Positions 57,861 to 64,000 of a stretch of DNA of 64,000 bases are shown here, piece after piece. Position 1 is the first letter of the stretch; every line of letters starts with the position of its first letter. The stretch is taken from NCBI RefSeq assembly GCF_009914755.1, contig NC_060930.1. One strand, given 5' to 3'. Made by a program: the position numbers and the translations under genes. This stretch comes from the human T2T-CHM13v2.0 reference genome, Homo sapiens. The notes under the pieces were generated by a model that saw only the letters and a list, made by a program, of their open reading frames with translations, did not search any database and was not told the DNA's origin.

Positions 57861-59504
57861 GGGTCTCAACAGGAAACAGAGGTCCCACTCAAATGAAGTG
57901 ACTGGAGGAGATGGTAATAAAGGGATTATTTACAGAAGAGTAAACAAGCTGAGAGGGAACCCACAACAGACGGTGTTTGACCTTGCGGCTCTCGACAGCA
58001 GGGAGTAGGGGAAGGATGGTCCTGGCCCCAGAGAGAAAGAGGTGCTGTGTGGAGGTCATGGACAGGAGGTGGCTGGCCCCTCCAACCTGGCAGAGAGCAA
58101 GCTGGGCATACAAGTGCCTGACCTCACTCTCTTCTCCCCTGAGGATCTACAGCTGGTGCTCCCCACTGGCCACACTCGGCCAGGAGCTGGCGGGCAAGGG
58201 GTCCTCTGTGGAAGCCCATACTGGCCAGCTTCCCAGGGCAGGCTGGGGAAGGGGGCAGAGGGCTGCTGCAGTAACAAACACAGCGAAGAAGTGAGCGCAT
58301 CCCTGGGGCCACTGGCCATCGGCCCTCCCACCCACCTGAGCTAGCAGATTCTATACCAATACCCAGTGAACATCCCCAGACAAAACTTGGTGTCAAAAAT
58401 GTAACTTTTTGAAGAAAGAAGTGTACTACTTAAATGTTACTAAATGCTGACTGCAGCCTTAGGAAGCATATTGTATGACTTGATCCACTTCCCCTGCAGC
58501 CATGAAACAGGGCCCATAGCCGAGAGGTCTGGAGTTCCCTTTAAATGGGTTTATTTCCTTTTAAGCAAGGCTCAAGCAGGGAGTCAAATGCCAGAAAATG
58601 GAGTTGGAAAATACCAAGCTTTCAAACTGAAAGGGAAGGCCACTCAAAATGTTCAAAAACTACCACTCAGGCAGCCTGCCCCTGATTCCCGGGGCACCCC
58701 CTCAATCTTGCCCATCTGAGGAGGAACCTCAGAAAAGCAACTGCAGAGAAATGGTTTGCGATGTCAGACTTCTGGTTACTCTAAGAGCAAGACCCAAACT
58801 CTTTTGTCCTCAGGCCTGGTGTGTGATCAGGGAGGCCACATCACATGTGTGTACAAGAAGAAAGTTAAGAAAACAATCTTTAAACAATTTAAACTGTTAC
58901 AGACTGGTTCATTCATAAAAGTCGATTTTTACTTTTCTATTAAATTATTTATTGAATAAGGACACTACAACCCCAGTTGAGTTTGCATTTTTTTAGAAAG
59001 ACAGTGACATGGATTATATTAGTATATTTTTCTAACCTATTTCAATGTAGATTTCTGGGAAACGGTATATTTTAGACCAATATAGCCCACACTAGAAACC
59101 TATGAACTCAAGTATTTGGTTTAAAAAAATAAACCCTGTGTTGCCTCTACCAAAGAAAGCCCCCAAGAGGTCCCCTGCGTAGGTCTCCAGAGGTCACTGA
59201 CTGCTTCTCTGTTGCTGTCCACAGAGAACGTGTCCATGAGAAGCACTTGCAAATCATGATGAGGCAGATGTCAAGCACACAGGAAATCACATTACATGTC
59301 AGCTCAAGGAACTCCCAAATACACGCTGGGTTTTGGAAGAAATTTTCCACATGTGTAATGTGACCCTCTGCTGCTGTCCGCCCAGGCACTTGCCTTGGCC
59401 AGCATTCTCAGTTAACTGAGGTGCAGAGGTCACAGAACCTATAGAATTTGTTCCATATCACTCTGGGCCCTTATTTCCTCAAGGCCAAGATGTCTCGATT
59501 CACC

Positions 59505-59528
59505 AAAAAAAAAAAAAAAAAAAAAAAA
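59505..59528 (+). repeat. Poly(A)24 tract
   Basis: 24 consecutive A with no adjacent Alu body. Confidence 0.9.
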
Positions 59529-59709
59529 TCCTTTAAAGATAAAAGAATGTAAGCTGGGGAGACAGTTACACTACGCCTCTCTCCTGAGCAATCTCGCTAC
59601 TTGAAAAACCTGTCAACATTGTGCAACTGCCTCCCTGCTTAGACACCTCACCGCTGCTGCCCCTGTGACCACAGAATGCCTTAAATAAAAGCGCTGCAGC
59701 ATCCTGGTG

Positions 59710-59940
59710 GAGGGGCAGGCTCTGAGGCCACGTGGTGGCTGAGTTTCAAGTTCTGGCTCTCCAGCTTAAAGCTGAGTGAACTTGGAGATTTTACTTACAC
59801 TTCTCTGCTTTTTCAACTGTAAAACACAGGTAATAATAGCATCTCCTATTCGGGGTGTTGTAAGGAGATGTTAATGTATGGAACTACTTAGCACAGTGCC
59901 TGCTACACGGTAATCTTTCAGCTGCTAATGTTATCATTAT
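59710..59940 (+). mobile_element. MIR
   Basis: ctggctctccagctta...ctgtaaaa...taataatagca...gggtgttgtaagga...cttagcacagtgcctg. Confidence 0.8.
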
Positions 59941-60535
59941 TGCATATGCATTCTCACCTCTGGCCACCACCCTCCCCTGCCCACAGCGCCCATCTGTATT
60001 ACCGAAATGCTCTTTATCACTCAAGGTGCAGCTCCCTACAGACCCCACAGAGGCATCTCCTGGCCAAGGACTGCCCCTCTCCAAAATCCACGTGACATGT
60101 AGAGGAGCTAATCAGCATTGCCTGACTCATTCAGCTCGCATGGGGGAAGGGTCTTTAGCTTCCCCATCCCCTATTTTTTAATGCATCTTCTGCAGCTGCC
60201 CCTTAGTGCATCCACCTCCTGCAGCCCTGCACATAAGTCTTCAAGCTCTTTCTAATGAAACGTCAAAGGTTAGAAGTAGATGGGGCTGCAGGCTGGTTTT
60301 GCTATATTCTAGAAGCTAGAGAATTGCGTTGAATTTAAATTCACACTTCCAAATGATCTGCTACATGCATGGGCCATTTCTCCGAGCTCTGCATTCTCCA
60401 CGTGGCAGCTTTGGCCTTCTGCTCTGGCACTGGGAAAAGACAGTCATGGTAAGCTAACACTGACTATTTTTCTTTAGCCAGCAAAGGCGTGCTGTGGCCT
60501 CCAAAGGTTCGTGCGGCGGGCATGTTGGTACTCAC

Positions 60536-60639
60536 CAGTCAGCAATGCATCCAGTTATTAGGTAGCCAAAGATTAATCCAACCAGTAAGGAGAACTTAGC
60601 GATATGGACCTTCCAGGCATTATCACACACAAGATCCCA
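60536..60639 (-). CDS. SLC22A23: SLC22A23 internal coding exon (exon 2 of main isoform by recollection), 104 bp
   Basis: Reverse complement reads tttgcccctctctag|TGGGATCTTGTGTGTGAT...GCTGACTG|gtgagt. It translates WDLVCDNAWKVHIAKFSLLVGLIFGYLITGCIAD(W), containing the SLC22 WDLVC signature, and is phase-compatible with the next exon. Confidence 0.97.
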
Positions 60640-63600
60640 CTAGAGAGGGGCAAATAGAAAATAAATCAGAGAGAAACATACACAGAGCTAGTCGTACTCA
60701 ATTATAAGGGCAATACAATAACCCTGCAGGGACCACCGCACCGTTGCCAGTACCATGCCATATACACCAGTCAGAGTCTCTTCCATGGTTTTGAAAATCC
60801 AATGAGACATATAATTTGCCCACAAAAGGAAATGTAACATTTTAGTCTGGGACAGATTATAAGTCTGCAAAGAATGACGCAGGAAGTCTGGGGATGTGTA
60901 TTCTTCTGTCCCAACCACCACGGGAAATGTAAACTGAGGCAGAGGTGGGCAGCCACGGAGACCAGGCATCCCTGAGGACCAGTGGTCCCTCACCATGAAG
61001 AGCTGCTCTGAGTGCCCAGGGGCTGGGAGACCCTGTCAACTTTCTGCATGGGCATCGTGATGACATGAGGAGGTTAAAAGTAACTTTTGCATTTTCATCC
61101 CAAAACATTCCCCAAACTTTATGAGGAGTCTTAAAAATAAAAGCGAGCATTAGTAGTAAATGTTGAAATATGAACTTTAACTAAACATTCTATTTTGCCC
61201 TTGGAAGTGTCCCTTGCGTTTTCCCATGTTTCCCTCTAAAGCCATCTGCTCTCCTTGGAGAGAAAGCCGGTCAATTAGTAAATACAACATTCAGACTATT
61301 ATATTGTTTAATAAGAAAAATACAAACAAATACAAATCTTCTCATTTTTCTTTTCTCCACTTGCAGGATCAGGACGTAAACCCCTGTTTGTTCCCTCTAA
61401 GGGATGTGTGTCCAAGTGTGGACTCAAATCCACATGCAGCTTTCATCTGGGCCAGAGGGGCACATAAGCAGGGTCCCTGCTGGCCAGGCCATGGAGACAC
61501 AGAGCCGGGGGTCTAGATGCCCCTGCTTCTGCTGCAAAGAAGTGGGCAAAGCTTCTGGTCTGGACGCGCAACTCCAGGTCAGTGGAGACGGGGGTGGGGT
61601 GGTGCAGGGAAGAAGCTGAAGAAATTCACGCCAATGCATTTGGGAACACCGGAGCGGGAGGTGTTCTGGGAGCAGAGGCAGGATTGGAGGGGATGGGGAA
61701 CATGGAAGGTGGTGGGCTGACCCCTGATCCTAGTTCTGTCTTCTTAGATGTCTCCCCCCGCCCCTTGTCTCTATGCTACCCAGACTGCAGCACAGAGGAT
61801 CCTTAGAGGGCACTGTAAGCTCAGGTCCTGCCTCATGTTTCCAAACTTCCAGAGCCTTATCGAGGCCCCTGAGGCCACAGCTGTGGTTCTCAGCTTCACT
61901 AAAATTCAGGAAAAGCCAAGCTCTGTGTCAGTGGATGCAGGGAAAGGTGCCTGGCTGGGATAAGTAGAAAGCCACTGCCTGTCACAATGTCCCCACTTCT
62001 GCCCTGGACTCCTTGGGACACACACTGGCTCGCCGATGCCCCCAACACAGGTATGCTTTCCAGAGGTCTGAGGAGGGTGACTTCTTTTTCTACCCCATCT
62101 GCTTCCAGAGTGATTTGCAACGCCAGGCCCAGGAAGAAACGGAATATGGGAATGTAAGCACAGACTGCACAAGGGCCTCATCAATAAAAGACAGCTTGGA
62201 ATTTGCTGTTGTCAGGGTTTATTCATGAATTTGGGGAGCAGGGCACTGCTGGTTGCACAGATTCTTAAGAATTCAGACACAGGAGCTCCTTACAGGGTTA
62301 ACTTCCTTCCATGATTGCTCCAGTGGTCCTCAAACTGCTCCAGGGACCAGCAGCATCAGCACCACCTGGGGACTAGTTAGAAAAGGCAAGTTCTTGGGCC
62401 CCATCCCAGGCCCACTGAATGAAGACTCCTGCAGGTAAGCACAGCAGTGTGGTTCGGCAAACCTGCCCTGCGACTCTGAGAACTACTGGCCAACACTGCC
62501 CTGCCATTTTGAAGACAATGAATGAGCTTCACTGTCTTGGGCTGGGGTTCAAACAACTCCCAAGAGCAGGGAGAAGCAAAAACGCTGTGGGAACCATGCA
62601 AAAGACTACTGGCTGCTGCTGCTCTGCTCTGCAAATGCAGGGTCGTACAGCTAGGTGATGAGTTCAGTGAGCTTTTGGAGGCAAGCCTGGAAAACGAACA
62701 TTCACATATGTATGCTGTTTCTAGGAAAAAATGTATTTTTGATAATAAAAACCTTTCACCACACAACCTATTTCTAACTTCAGGAATACAGGTTTTGCCT
62801 TAAAACGTGAGTGACAGCTTCATAAATCACAGTGGGTGCACATTCTGTTTTTCCAGCTTGGTTTATACACTCTGGGAGAGGAGGTGCTCTCAACACCTGT
62901 AACCACTCATCTCCCAGTTGCATCATGCCTTTGGGAGCCTCAGTCGGGCACAATCTTGGCAGGAGAGGAACACATCCCGACCCCAGGTTGCTGCCGGGGA
63001 GGAGGGCACCAGCTGCTGTCTTGATGGCAGGGAGTCATCTGAAATGCTTTCATGTCTCCCCCAAGACTTCCCATTGATGAGTTTACTTGAGGTTAAAGGA
63101 TGCAAATGAGTATATTATGCTTCTATGAGATGGCCAGGAGGCAGAAGAAATTTTAATAAAGCATTTAGGGGACTGGAGGAAATTGCCAATACTGTTGTGA
63201 GTTCAGCCACCTGAGCAATGACCAGACCTGGCCTTGGGCAGCCATGACCCCATTAAGGTGCTAGCTAATAAGACATTCAGTGATCAGCCCTATCCATTAA
63301 CAGTGCCACAGTGGAAAATGAACACAGTGGAGGGAGACTGAGTGACTCACACGCCTGGTAGGGAGAGGAAGCCTGGTTAGAAGTATTGCTGGCTCCACAG
63401 TTCCCAGCCTCTGGGCTTCCCTCTGGGGAGGGGGTGCAGGAAACCCAGAGCAAGGCAGCCACCTGCTACCTTAAACCCTCCTCAACTAGGCACAAGAATA
63501 GACAGCATATCTGAAGCAACAAGTAAACCAACTGGATTCCCAGGCCCAGCAAGTTTACCATGATAAGGGTTACTCATGCCTGGGGATCCGCCTGCAACAC

Positions 63601-64000
63601 CGCCCTTGCCATCCTGGAGGCACCGCCGTTTAGCAGGGTAGGGTAGCGCTGGGGGAACCCATGGCACCGACACCCTTGTTTGACTTCTGCTTCTGGTACT
63701 GACAAAAATGTGTCGGGAAAAGAAAATATGTTCAGACACAGTATAATCTCCTAAAGAATTTCAGAAGTATGAGGAAGCTTTGAGGTCACCTGGCTCTTGA
63801 AATTTGTTCACATTGCTCTAGATAAGATATGGCAACTGGTCATGTCACTGACCAGTTGGGTAAGCAATGTTTAAAGCAATTTATAATTTTTCAGATTAAA
63901 GAAATATATAACAGGAGTAATGTTCTAAAAAGTACAAAACCAGAACTGAATGTAACGGGTTTTGTCTCTGACGTTACCCTGGTCACCTCCCTCCCCATCA
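60640..64000 (-). other. SLC22A23: 3' part of the SLC22A23 intron upstream of the 104-bp exon
   Basis: Polypyrimidine tract and ctag acceptor ending at 60640. No further SLC22-like exon seen up to 64000. Confidence 0.8.
62321..62488. mobile_element. MER5A-like hAT-Charlie element
   Basis: TIRs cagtggtcctcaaa / tgagaactactg; internal gaccagcagcatcagcaccacctggg...gttagaaa. Confidence 0.85.

Larger units (their letters stand above)
55126..60535 (-). other. SLC22A23: SLC22A23 intron between the two exons (5410 bp, GT-AG)
   Basis: gtgagt donor at 60535 and tgcag acceptor ending at 55126. Confidence 0.93.

Noticed and set aside
57861-58280. Possible additional ancient LTR (LTR78/79-like) next to MLT1D
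   Set aside because: Resemblance is too weak to call family or boundaries without a Dfam search.

Overview
Human/primate genomic DNA (dense Alu, L1M, L2, MIR, MER and LTR relics). The whole window lies inside SLC22A23, an orphan SLC22/MFS transporter transcribed on the minus strand. Two coding exons are present with canonical splice sites: 60536-60639 (104 bp, WDLVCD...CIADW) and 54971-55125 (155 bp, VGRRPV...LYAL). From memory these are exons 2 and 3 of the main isoform. The rest is intron, and the ORF-track entries are spurious (repeat- or chance-derived). I see no convincing new multi-gene system. The most interesting structure is non-coding: (i) two local direct duplications (361 bp at ~93% identity, 5.5 kb apart; 86 bp at ~87%, 2.55 kb apart) whose downstream copies appear to interrupt MIR relics without retrotransposition hallmarks, i.e. 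candidate repair-templated insertions; (ii) a ~420-bp G-quadruplex-type VNTR that grew out of the G-tract of an old L1 3' UTR; (iii) a 44-bp minisatellite with dimeric higher-order structure; (iv) two Alus inserted independently at the same homologous L1MB position; (v) a strong CTCF motif beside exon 3, an inverted-Alu triplet and candidate cryptic exons. Repeat subfamily names are recognised by eye, and boundaries of old repeats are approximate.
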